A stretch of DNA of 41,142 bases from a phage. The position numbers were made by a program, and so were the translations under genes. The notes under the pieces are model-generated. The model did no database searches. It saw only the letters and a list, made by a program, of their open reading frames with translations, and was not told the origin of the DNA. Positions 27,955-36,001 of the stretch are shown here, piece by piece. How positions within the stretch are numbered: the first letter of the stretch is position 1; each line of letters begins with the position of its first letter. Location of the stretch: sequence record PZ019083.1. One strand, 5' to 3'.

Positions 27955-27979
27955 GTAAAAAGGCCCAATGAAGGGCCTT
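27955..27979 (-). terminator. intrinsic terminator / attenuator between DUF2815-like gene and DNA polymerase
   Basis: On minus strand: AAGGCCC-TTCATT-GGGCCTT followed by TTTTT. Confidence 0.45.
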
Positions 27980-27998
27980 AGTTAAATTGATTCAGATA

Positions 27999-28625
27999 TT
28001 AGCGGCGACGACGTTCGCGGCGCGGTGCTTCATCTTCTTCGTCGTCTTCCAGGTCATTGACGCTTGCGGCGACTTTAGAACCACCAAACGCCTTACCTTC
28101 GCCGACGTATTTAATTCCCAGCAGTTTAACACCGAGGACTTTATATTTCTGGCTGAACCAGATTTCAACGCTTACGTTAGCGACGCATCCGCTGTAAACC
28201 TGTTCGCCTTCAATCTGTTCACCGTCTACATTGAAGTCCTGTTCTACCTGAGTCTCACCTTTTTTAGAGGTTATAATCAGCGGCTGTTTCTGCGCCTTCG
28301 CTTTGAAGTAGAAGCCTTCCGGGAAGTCTTCAAAGGGATTGTCACGCTCGGCAATGTCTTTAACAGCACATTTATCCATGTGCTTACCTTCGCCGTAGTT
28401 GGACCTCATCCACTTCTCTGCGGCGGCAGCACCTAACGCTTCTTCAACTACGGCGTAAACAGTGTCGTAAAGCGCATCGATTTGCGCATGGTCTGGCGGC
28501 AGGATAATAGTCGCGCTGTACTGGCCTTTAGTAATTGAGCCATCATCGTTTTCGCGGTCTTTTTCGCGTTCGAATACGTTAACCCAAGCAGTGTTTACTT
28601 TACGCAGATTTAATGTCAGTCCCAT
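27999..28625 (-). CDS. putative ssDNA-binding protein (DUF2815-like)
   Basis: 208 aa with acidic C-terminal tail, adjacent to polymerase and Cas4-like nuclease. Confidence 0.45.
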   Translation of the reverse strand: MGLTLNLRKVNTAWVNVFEREKDRENDDGSITKGQYSATIILPPDHAQIDALYDTVYAVVEEALGAAAAEKWMRSNYGEGKHMDKCAVKDIAERDNPFEDFPEGFYFKAKAQKQPLIITSKKGETQVEQDFNVDGEQIEGEQVYSGCVANVSVEIWFSQKYKVLGVKLLGIKYVGEGKAFGGSKVAASVNDLEDDEEDEAPRRERRRR

Positions 28626-28679
28626 CTTGATTTCTCGCTTTTAAGTTTACTCCGGGAAGCTGCCCGGCCAGTGATTAGA

Positions 28680-28708
28680 ACTATAATAGCTAACTATTCA
28701 GGTGTCAA
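28680..28708 (-). promoter_or_regulatory. sigma70 promoter TTGACA-17-TATAGT (class B)
   Basis: Consensus -35, 17-bp spacer containing GAATAGT element. Confidence 0.6.
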
Positions 28709-28712
28709 CACT

Positions 28713-29954
28713 TTATTCTAAATCTTCTCCACTAACCTGATTCCACTCAGGCCGTTTGTCGTCTGCCGTTGCAACGCATGGCGCTCCCGGCTTACGGGTA
28801 ATGAAGTCTTTCAGTTCTTCTTCCGGTATTACTTTAACAGCTTCGGTCGGTGTCATTAGCACTTCTTTAGTTAGCTTGTCGCCGTAGAGTTCTGTTACTT
28901 TCTCCGCGTCTTTCCACGCACGATTACTGGGACGGCCTTCAACCAGTTTGTACCCAGGCACTTTCTTACCTGAATGCAAAGCGGCGGCCATCGCTTTTTC
29001 AACCTTGTCGATGTGCTGGCGCAACAGCGGCAACTTCTCATACTCAGCTACGAGTTGCTCAGGCGTAAGTTCCAGCGCAAAGTCGTCCTCCAGTTCTTCC
29101 GCCAGTACCGCGTTAACGGTTTTTGTACGCGCGGCGCACTGTTCTGAGAACCGACACCACTGACAACCATCTGCAGAAGGCTTGAAGTCCGACGCTTTCA
29201 GGTTCTTCTTGCCGCGGGAATAAGCATCAAGAGCCAACAGCGCGCGTTTATGTGCGAACTTAGCGAACAGTTCCAGACCTTCAACCGAGATGTCCCACTC
29301 CGACGCACCGCCAGCATACGGCTGGAAGATTACCAGACGAACGGTTGTTATGTTATAACGTCTCTTGAGTCGGCGATAAACACCGAGAGCGTAAAGCATA
29401 AGCTGCTTGTTTTCTTTCGCTTCGACGCGATGTCGCCCGGTTTTAAGGTCCCCAATAATGAGCATGTGCTCGTCGGTGTTAGCCAGTTCCTGAACGGCAA
29501 CAAGGTCAGCGGTCCCGAACGTCTCAACGCCTTCATACCCAGGATGCAATACCTCAGTGAGATTGACGCGCATTTCCAGCTTGGCGTAAGTCGCAACGTC
29601 GATAATCGCTTTGCAGTAGTCGGTATACTTGCGCACCTGCTCAATCATGTCAGCCGTAATCAGTACCGCGCCTTTCACCGGGCTGATTAGAGCCTTAATC
29701 TGACCTTTGCCCTCATCCAACACGTAAGCACCAACTTCACGCTCTAATGGAAACGCAGTGCCTTTGATGTACTGGTTAAGGTGCATTTCCGCTATGGTGT
29801 GCATAGTCGTACCTAATACTGCGGCCTTACCGGACGTGTTAGGAATATCTTTTTCACAGGCCAGTGATGCAGCACAGCTTAGCCACTTTTTAGCGCCAGA
29901 CGGCGACAGCAGGGCGTGCACATCGTTATTGCCGCCGCGTTCTTTTAAAATCAT
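28713..29954 (-). CDS. Cas4-like PD-(D/E)XK exonuclease (DUF2800-like) with C-terminal Cys cluster
   Basis: N-terminal LSPSGAKKWLSC, C-terminal CQWCRFSEQC; ATG 29954 with GGGAGA RBS and ATGA coupling. Confidence 0.55.
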   Translation of the reverse strand: MILKERGGNNDVHALLSPSGAKKWLSCAASLACEKDIPNTSGKAAVLGTTMHTIAEMHLNQYIKGTAFPLEREVGAYVLDEGKGQIKALISPVKGAVLITADMIEQVRKYTDYCKAIIDVATYAKLEMRVNLTEVLHPGYEGVETFGTADLVAVQELANTDEHMLIIGDLKTGRHRVEAKENKQLMLYALGVYRRLKRRYNITTVRLVIFQPYAGGASEWDISVEGLELFAKFAHKRALLALDAYSRGKKNLKASDFKPSADGCQWCRFSEQCAARTKTVNAVLAEELEDDFALELTPEQLVAEYEKLPLLRQHIDKVEKAMAAALHSGKKVPGYKLVEGRPSNRAWKDAEKVTELYGDKLTKEVLMTPTEAVKVIPEEELKDFITRKPGAPCVATADDKRPEWNQVSGEDLE

Positions 29955-30223
29955 ACCCTGTTCTCCCACTGGTCGATTAAATGTCGTGTCTTATGCCCAC
30001 AATGCATAGCCCACCCATACATCGACTCAAAAACATAAAAGTCAGGCTTGGCGAAAGTCGTGCGCTTAATCTGTGACACGTGACGGCCTAAAGATATAGG
30101 CCGCGGTACTTTGCCTAAGTACGCCATCTCTTCCATCTGGTGCGCACCGGACGGCGCACGCAACAGCCATAGTGCCTCCGTGTTGTCCCGCCTGTCTACG
30201 GCCCGGTAGAGTTGGTAAATCAT
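29951..30223 (-). CDS. hypothetical protein (90 aa)
   Basis: Coupled upstream of nuclease gene. Confidence 0.35.
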   Translation of the reverse strand: MIYQLYRAVDRRDNTEALWLLRAPSGAHQMEEMAYLGKVPRPISLGRHVSQIKRTTFAKPDFYVFESMYGWAMHCGHKTRHLIDQWENRV

Positions 30224-30266
30224 AATTCCGACCCTCAGTTAAAGCGGCCCGAAGGCCGCGAGATAG

Positions 30267-30767
30267 TTAGTCTTCTTCGAAATACTTGTTCTTGATTGCC
30301 GTCAGGCGTTCAAGGTACTCAGCAAGGTCTTCATCTTTAATCGCGGCAATCTTCATCTTCTTACCGGTGAACTCCTCCAGCAGTTCATCAGAATCATCAC
30401 ACGCGGCATCGCTCGGACCTTCGTTAATGGCGTCGTCGATAGCCTGAATCTGGTCACGCAGAGACTGGTAATCGACTTCTTCTTTCTCTTCTTCCGGCTC
30501 TGGTGTCGGCTCCTCTACTTTAGCTTTACGCGGCTTGCGTTTTGGCTTCTCTTCTTCAACCGGTTTAGTATCAACTACGTCTTCACCTTCGACCGGGATT
30601 TCTTTTGATCCTTCTTCTGCACACTTGGCTACTGCTTCTTTGGTATACGCTACCGTCTCTACTTCCAGAGGCGCGGAAACCTGAACAACTTGTTTCACGC
30701 TGTTCGCAGCAATCAGTTCATGAGCAACTACGAAACGTTCCAGTAATACTAAGAATTTCTCTAACAT
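30267..30767 (-). CDS. highly acidic hypothetical protein with short basic patch
   Basis: E/D-rich (PEPEEEKEE, DDSDELLEE) plus KPKRKPRKAK. Confidence 0.4.
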   Translation of the reverse strand: MLEKFLVLLERFVVAHELIAANSVKQVVQVSAPLEVETVAYTKEAVAKCAEEGSKEIPVEGEDVVDTKPVEEEKPKRKPRKAKVEEPTPEPEEEKEEVDYQSLRDQIQAIDDAINEGPSDAACDDSDELLEEFTGKKMKIAAIKDEDLAEYLERLTAIKNKYFEED

Positions 30768-30798
30768 TTGTTTCTCTCCTCTCGTTTGGTATGGGCTA

Positions 30799-30827
30799 AC
30801 TATAATAGCGAACTATTCACATGTCAA
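30799..30827 (-). promoter_or_regulatory. sigma70 promoter TTGACA-17-TATAGT (class B), overlaps operator repeat R1
   Basis: Consensus hexamers; spacer carries ACTATTCACATGTCAA. Confidence 0.6.
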
Positions 30828-30855
30828 TGGGCTTTTCTAAAATAATTAATATGGT

Positions 30856-30871
30856 ACTATTCACATATCAA
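30856..30871 (+). promoter_or_regulatory. operator repeat R2 (ACTATTCACATATCAA) overlapping -10 TACTAT of the Cro-like gene promoter
   Basis: 15/16 identical direct repeat of 30812-30827, 44 bp apart. Confidence 0.45.
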
Positions 30872-30891
30872 CTGACTAAGGAGTAATTGAC

Positions 30892-31107
30892 ATGCAACCA
30901 TCTGAACTAGGCATTCGTGTAGAACAACGCCGTAAAGAACTTGGCATCTCCCAGCGCCGTCTGGCTGTCCTGACCGGGGTTTCCCAGGGCGCGATTAACC
31001 AGCTTGCGCTCGGGGTAACTCAGGACGTCCGCCCGGCGACGCTGTTTAAACTGGCGGAAGTGCTGCAAGTAGACGCCAAGTGGCTGGCGTTAGGTGAAGG
31101 GGCTTAA
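30892..31107 (+). CDS. Cro/CI-type (XRE family) HTH transcriptional regulator
   Basis: Motif GISQRRLAVLTGVSQGAINQLALG; 71 aa. Confidence 0.65.
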   Translation: MQPSELGIRVEQRRKELGISQRRLAVLTGVSQGAINQLALGVTQDVRPATLFKLAEVLQVDAKWLALGEGA

Positions 31108-31122
31108 CGCCCCTTTCTTTTT
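31098..31122 (+). terminator. intrinsic terminator
   Basis: AGGGGC-TTAAC-GCCCCT + TTTCTTTTT, stop codon inside loop. Confidence 0.55.
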
Positions 31123-31124
31123 AT

Positions 31125-33395
31125 CTATTCCAAATCCTCCTCTGTCACCACCAGCATTTCATTCGGTTCGTATATTGTCTTCGGAATCTTGTTATCGTTT
31201 ATACCCCACGGCAATCGGTATTGCTTAGGGATAGGCCTGTTGTTGTTACCCAGACCTGAGACGATAACCCCGGCCTCGTGCATCTCTTCCAGTTTCTTTC
31301 GAAGGTCGTTATTAGCGTTAATCGGTACGCCGTAACTATCTTCTTTCGCTGCTTTGACGATAGCCGACATGGAAAACCCCCGCTTGTCGTCACCCTGCTC
31401 CTGCAATTTACCTAACGCGTAAATAACCGTAGCTTCTTTGGTATCCAGTTTCTCGAACTGACCTACCTTTTCTTTAACAGCCGCTTTACCTTCCTTTGTC
31501 AGCCCTTCTTCCCGCTCTTTCTCCTCGTCGGTCTTGAATGGTTCGAAACCCCACGGCATCAGCACAAGCGCCTTGTGTGGTTCAGGCAGGTCGAGGTTTA
31601 CGATTGTGCCGTATTCCTCCGTGCTTCCGAGGAACTCAACCGCGCGGTACTCTTTCGGTGGTGGCGCTTCACGGAACTGTACCGACTCCAGTACCATGCC
31701 AACCGTCTTCTGTTGAGGCCCGTGCTTAAATTTCGAGTGGTATACATTTATTTGACGTTCGGTCGCGCGTTCGATTGTTAGTTCCACGTCGACACCAGCG
31801 TACAGCGCCCCACTGCCACGGGCTTTCTTTCCACCTTTCGGCGTATGGTGGACAACGCCTACCGCGGCTTTAGTTGCGTCGCGTACTTCTTTCAGGATGG
31901 CGATAACTTTACCCATGCCGATTGTCGTTGATGAACTGTTCTCGTCGAACTTATCAATCGTCAGGGCCAGCGTCTGGTTGAGGGTGTCGAACGCAACCAT
32001 ACCAATAGGCTCGTCGCCCGCAGTTTCGCGCATTAACTTAATCAGGCTTTTCAGTTTCCCGACTTCGCCCATGTCGATAACATGTACATAATCTTTACCT
32101 TCCTCGCCATATTTAGCCGCTAGTGCGTCGATACGTGTGCGCGTAGCTGCGCCACCTTCACCGTCGATATAGAAATGGTGGCAACGCTGGGTATCTGCCC
32201 CGGCAAATCTGTATCCGGCGGCGCTAAGGTACATCATCCCCAGCGTATAAAACGATTTGTACGTTCCAGACTCCCCGACGATATCCCAGATGCAGTCTGT
32301 CGGCATGTATCCTTCTACGACGAAATCAGCCTTTACCGGTTCCGGTAACTCGTCCTCCTCTGAGTCCTCGTCGTCTTCCAGGTCGTCCAGACTGCATGAA
32401 ACTGACTCACGCGCACCCCAGCCGATGGCCTCGGCGACTTCACTGAATGGAAGACCAGTCGCATCACACGCATACTTCCACACCTCTTTCGGTGACATGC
32501 CCTCGGTTGCCGTGATGTCTGTGTCGTGAATCATGGTTACGTTAGGTGCTTCGTACCCCTCGCGCGGGAAGCACAGCAGGAAGTCGTCCGGGCGCGGGGT
32601 CGGGTCGCTGTAGTTTTCTGCGTGTTCCGGTGTGGCGGGCATCTTAAGTCCACGCGGCGTCATGATGCCGCCGTATTCGAACGCCAGTGCCTCGAACGCA
32701 TCAGTAAATGCCGTGCGCAGTTCTTCTGGTATCTGGTAATCCGATGCGCTGCTCACCTCGTAATCCGGGATGCCTTCCAGTAACTCGTCCGGGTCAATCA
32801 GGTCGTTACGGCGCGACCAGATAACGGTAGAGCCGACAGGCGGCAGGTACATCGGCTGCGACAGAGTGAACCCGCTGTGGTCCGCACCCATGCCTTTGAA
32901 GAAGTGCTCCAGCAATCCATGACGAACACGGATGATGCCACCACCTTCGACCGGGCGGCCCAGCGGCATGACGACGCGAAAGCGCGGTGACTCATCGGTA
33001 TGTGATGCCGTGGTGTAGAGGCACATAGCCAGGCGGCTACGCTTAACCAATCGCACCGCCTCCTGATACTCGTCAGGTGTTGCACTGTCGAAGTCCAGAT
33101 ACGCCAGCGACGATTTGTTTACAGACGCATCGCAGCGATAGAAGAAGCCTTTACGCGCCTGCTTAAAGTCCCCAGTTTCCGGGTCTTTTACGGTGCTGTG
33201 CGTTGAGTCGCACGCGGCGGTGATATACCCCGGCGCGGTCTTCGGGTTAATTCCGTCGCGAACAGCATCGAGCGGCTGGATTAACTCTTTCAGGTCGTCC
33301 AGTGTTGCCGTGTGTGTGGTTCTGACGTTTATATCCTTTTTCTCCGCCCGCGCGTTGCGACGAGACCACGAGTAGGATAAAATTACATCGGACAT
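31125..33395 (-). CDS. primase-polymerase domain fused to RecA/DnaB-like ATPase (replicative primase-helicase)
   Basis: Walker A GESGTYKS, Walker B-like VAFDT, N-terminal primase-polymerase-like region. Confidence 0.65.
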   Translation of the reverse strand: MSDVILSYSWSRRNARAEKKDINVRTTHTATLDDLKELIQPLDAVRDGINPKTAPGYITAACDSTHSTVKDPETGDFKQARKGFFYRCDASVNKSSLAYLDFDSATPDEYQEAVRLVKRSRLAMCLYTTASHTDESPRFRVVMPLGRPVEGGGIIRVRHGLLEHFFKGMGADHSGFTLSQPMYLPPVGSTVIWSRRNDLIDPDELLEGIPDYEVSSASDYQIPEELRTAFTDAFEALAFEYGGIMTPRGLKMPATPEHAENYSDPTPRPDDFLLCFPREGYEAPNVTMIHDTDITATEGMSPKEVWKYACDATGLPFSEVAEAIGWGARESVSCSLDDLEDDEDSEEDELPEPVKADFVVEGYMPTDCIWDIVGESGTYKSFYTLGMMYLSAAGYRFAGADTQRCHHFYIDGEGGAATRTRIDALAAKYGEEGKDYVHVIDMGEVGKLKSLIKLMRETAGDEPIGMVAFDTLNQTLALTIDKFDENSSSTTIGMGKVIAILKEVRDATKAAVGVVHHTPKGGKKARGSGALYAGVDVELTIERATERQINVYHSKFKHGPQQKTVGMVLESVQFREAPPPKEYRAVEFLGSTEEYGTIVNLDLPEPHKALVLMPWGFEPFKTDEEKEREEGLTKEGKAAVKEKVGQFEKLDTKEATVIYALGKLQEQGDDKRGFSMSAIVKAAKEDSYGVPINANNDLRKKLEEMHEAGVIVSGLGNNNRPIPKQYRLPWGINDNKIPKTIYEPNEMLVVTEEDLE

Positions 33396-33453
33396 GTTGT
33401 ATTTCCTTCAGCAAGTAATTTGGCCTCGGCGTTCACCGCGTCGGGGCTTTCTT

Positions 33454-33729
33454 TTATTCCAGGTCGCGGGAGATATTACCCTCGGGGACCAACACTTTTC
33501 CAATACTTCTCGCTTTCCCGTTAAGCGGCGTTGCTCTTGTTGCCCGATAAAACTTTCCTTTATTAAGAACCTCTCCGTGTTGCTCAAGAACACTTAAAGC
33601 ATGTTTAATCGGATTTACACCGTAATTATCTAACCGGTATCTACGAAGCCCGTCTAGTGTAAAAGCGCCGTTCGCCTCGGTCAGTCTGCGTGCGCACATT
33701 AATACGTGTTTCTGGAATTTAGTTAGCAT
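33454..33729 (-). CDS. hypothetical protein (91 aa)
   Basis: Coupled downstream of small HTH gene. Confidence 0.35.
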   Translation of the reverse strand: MLTKFQKHVLMCARRLTEANGAFTLDGLRRYRLDNYGVNPIKHALSVLEQHGEVLNKGKFYRATRATPLNGKARSIGKVLVPEGNISRDLE

Positions 33730-33898
33730 CTTTTACGTTCTCCTTAATCCAAGCCTCCACGGTAGCGCGGTCAAATGTGCCTGGCTGCCGGTAGCCGTTA
33801 ATAACCCGGCAACACTCGGGGAACTTACCTGACCGAAGCCAGCGATTAAGTGTCATAGGGGAAACTCCGATTAAGTCTGCTACTTCTTTCTGTGTCAT
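33719..33898 (-). CDS. small HTH DNA-binding protein (AlpA/excisionase-like fold)
   Basis: MTQKEVADLIGVSPMTLNRWLRSGKFP; ATG 33898 with AGAGGG RBS. Confidence 0.5.
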   Translation of the reverse strand: MTQKEVADLIGVSPMTLNRWLRSGKFPECCRVINGYRQPGTFDRATVEAWIKENVKDAN

Positions 33899-33927
33899 TT
33901 TACACACCCTCTTTATCAAGTGAAACA

Positions 33928-33956
33928 ACTATAACACCTACAATAACTAAACACAA
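33928..33956 (-). promoter_or_regulatory. candidate promoter TTGTGT-17-TATAGT for minus-strand replication operon
   Basis: -10 identical to class B promoters; weak -35. Confidence 0.35.
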
Positions 33957-33960
33957 CCTA

Positions 33961-33988
33961 TTGACAAAATAAAATGTAGCTGTAAAAT
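33961..33988 (+). promoter_or_regulatory. sigma70 promoter TTGACA-16-TAAAAT
   Basis: Consensus -35; faces a 350-bp noncoding stretch. Confidence 0.5.
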
Positions 33989-34210
33989 CAACGTATCGAA
34001 GGACCTTAGTTCAGAATTACTTAGAAACAGTATTCTTAAGTCTCTGGTGACCAAAGCCCGGCCCATAAAGGACGGGCGCTGAGAGTCACTTCGACAACGT
34101 TAGTATCTAAGTTTCCTCAAAGTAACAGCAAGTAGCAAGAAAGCCCCCGTCTATTTAAATTTTGCCATATGGTATAAATCATTGATTTGCAAGCTCACTC
34201 ACTCACTCTT

Positions 34211-34226
34211 GGTGCCTTCGGCACCA
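34211..34226 (+). other. GGTGCC-TTCG-GGCACC hairpin (UUCG tetraloop)
   Basis: Perfect 6-bp stem, followed by GTTCGTTTCGTTTCG. Confidence 0.4.
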
Positions 34227-34293
34227 CGTTCGTTTCGTTTCGCTCGCTACCCCCATTAAACGAAAGAATCACAACGGCAACGTAACTATTCTC

Positions 34294-34322
34294 TTGCACA
34301 CCCCAACATAATAGGATACTAT
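34294..34322 (+). promoter_or_regulatory. sigma70 promoter TTGCAC-17-TACTAT (class A)
   Basis: Near-identical to 35511 and 12745(-); ACTATTC copies at 34285 and 34318. Confidence 0.55.
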
Positions 34323-34356
34323 TCACTTATCGGAACGAGACAGAGGAGTGAGGGTT

Positions 34357-34542
34357 ATGTTTAAGAAGGGTCAGTTGGTGAGAATTTTGGAGACAGGGGG
34401 GTTAGCGGTTATTTCATTCGCACACCACAAAGAATGTAGTGTTTATTTTGCAAAATCTTTAACGGGGTCCTATCTCACCGTGTTATACGCACAAGATATG
34501 AAACTCATCGGCAACAATTTTAAATTCAAAGGGGCGAAGTGA
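34357..34542 (+). CDS. hypothetical protein (61 aa)
   Basis: GAGGAG RBS 7 nt upstream. Confidence 0.45.
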   Translation: MFKKGQLVRILETGGLAVISFAHHKECSVYFAKSLTGSYLTVLYAQDMKLIGNNFKFKGAK

Positions 34543-34745
34543 TGGAAGAATTATTTGAAGAACTGAAACATCATGAGTTCGAGGAGATATATTTTGTAGC
34601 TGAACGCTACGAGGTGCATTTAGTGGACGGGGTTACAATTATTACAATGGATAGCCAGCAAATGCTAAATAGCTTACGGGCTATACGAACGGCATCTAAT
34701 CATGATGCTCGTGCCGACGACTCCGAGGGAGGTTGCCGTGAATAA
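34542..34745 (+). CDS. hypothetical acidic protein (67 aa)
   Basis: TGATG overlap coupling; AAGGGG RBS. Confidence 0.4.
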   Translation: MEELFEELKHHEFEEIYFVAERYEVHLVDGVTIITMDSQQMLNSLRAIRTASNHDARADDSEGGCRE

Positions 34746-34805
34746 TTACCCGTTCATTTTAATTGTCAGCGCCGTTTATGTGGTGCACGCGTTGCGGGGG
34801 TTGGT

Positions 34806-35000
34806 ATGAGTCCCTATAACGAATCCCGCTTACGCCGTCTGATTGGTGGTCTGCGCGCCGCCGAGTTTGTTGTTGAATGTTGGGAGAAGGTGCAATATGC
34901 CCCATGGAAGTCGTGGCATTTGGCTCATGCTAAGGAGGTAGCACAGTACCGTGAGTACAAGTTAAACAGTTTCCTTAAACACCACGGGGTTGAGTTATGA
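34806..35000 (+). CDS. hypothetical protein (64 aa)
   Basis: ORF with ATG start. Confidence 0.4.
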   Translation: MSPYNESRLRRLIGGLRAAEFVVECWEKVQYAPWKSWHLAHAKEVAQYREYKLNSFLKHHGVEL

Positions 35001-35140
35001 GAGAAGCATTTGAACGGTGGGCCGTAGTCGAGGGTCTGCCGGTTAACAAGGGTTCAAAGAAAGAGTACCTGAACGTTAAGACGCGTCTCGCGTGGCGGGC
35101 GTGGAAAGCTGGTGTGCAAGCTGTGATGAATAAGGGGTGA
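34997..35140 (+). CDS. hypothetical protein (47 aa)
   Basis: ATGA overlap with upstream stop. Confidence 0.35.
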   Translation: MREAFERWAVVEGLPVNKGSKKEYLNVKTRLAWRAWKAGVQAVMNKG

Positions 35141-35143
35141 GAC

Positions 35144-35350
35144 ATGAGTGAGTGGGTTAAGTGTAGTGAGCGGATGCCGGGGCTAGGCAAACCAGTTTTG
35201 GTCGTCAGTAGTATGGGCGGTGTGGTCCAGAACAATGTGTACGAGTGGGATGGGGTAACTTGGTGTGATTTCCGGGCGGACTACGGGGAACACGCGAAGG
35301 AAGTGTTTTCTCACTGGATGCCGTTACCCGAGCCGCCGTCGCTGGTGTAA
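35144..35350 (+). CDS. DUF551-like protein
   Basis: C-terminal SHWMPLPEPP signature recalled from DUF551; AAGGGG RBS. Confidence 0.45.
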   Translation: MSEWVKCSERMPGLGKPVLVVSSMGGVVQNNVYEWDGVTWCDFRADYGEHAKEVFSHWMPLPEPPSLV

Positions 35351-35510
35351 CAGGTGGTGTAACAGGTCAATAGTTTGAGATTTTACTGAGTGACTTACGC
35401 TGCTACACAGCAGCGTATCATTTTTCTCATTTTTGTTCTATTTCACCAAACGCAACAATCGAAGCGACTATTGCAGGAGATGCAACAATACAAACACCAA
35501 TAAAATTTAC

Positions 35511-35539
35511 TTGCACGCTAATATAGAATAGGTTACTAT
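35511..35539 (+). promoter_or_regulatory. sigma70 promoter TTGCAC-17-TACTAT (class A)
   Basis: Consensus-like; ACTATTCA overlapping -10/+1. Confidence 0.55.
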
Positions 35540-35570
35540 TCATTTACACAAACGAGAGGAGAGGCGGAAG

Positions 35571-35720
35571 ATGGTTACTTTAATGGTTATGGAGTTCGAA
35601 AACAGCGCAGCAACTTACCGCGAGATGACTATGGCACAGGCGTACCACCTGGCCTCAAACGGCAACTTCTACAAGGCGCAAATCATCAACGAGTTCGGGG
35701 TAATTGACTATGAATTTTAG
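35571..35720 (+). CDS. hypothetical protein (49 aa)
   Basis: GAGGAGAGG RBS. Confidence 0.4.
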   Translation: MVTLMVMEFENSAATYREMTMAQAYHLASNGNFYKAQIINEFGVIDYEF

Positions 35721-35982
35721 AAGCTACACCGTTACCGTTGATTTTGAGGGGCTGGAGTTGCCCCTCCCGAACAACTACCGATATATCTCACGTGACCGTT
35801 TCGGTTTTATCCAGGCGTGGAGGAACAAGCCAACAGACACTGAGTTCGGGATGTCAGGCGGAGAAGAGTTGCCGATCACTTTCGGGCATCAGAGTAGTCA
35901 CGACGAACTTAAAACTGTGATTCGTAAGTATCGCCGCCGAGGTAACACCGGGCTTATAGCTATAACCGGCGCTGTTGAGTAA
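35710..35982 (+). CDS. hypothetical protein (90 aa)
   Basis: Overlaps upstream ORF by 11 nt. Confidence 0.4.
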   Translation: MNFRSYTVTVDFEGLELPLPNNYRYISRDRFGFIQAWRNKPTDTEFGMSGGEELPITFGHQSSHDELKTVIRKYRRRGNTGLIAITGAVE

Positions 35983-36001
35983 ACGAGAGGAGAGACAGAA
36001 G

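Noticed and set aside
34195-34215. Possible CRISPR-like or retron-like repeat (CTCA tandem repeat)
   Set aside because: Only about 15 bp of a 4-bp unit, no spacer-repeat periodicity, and no cas or reverse transcriptase gene anywhere in the window.
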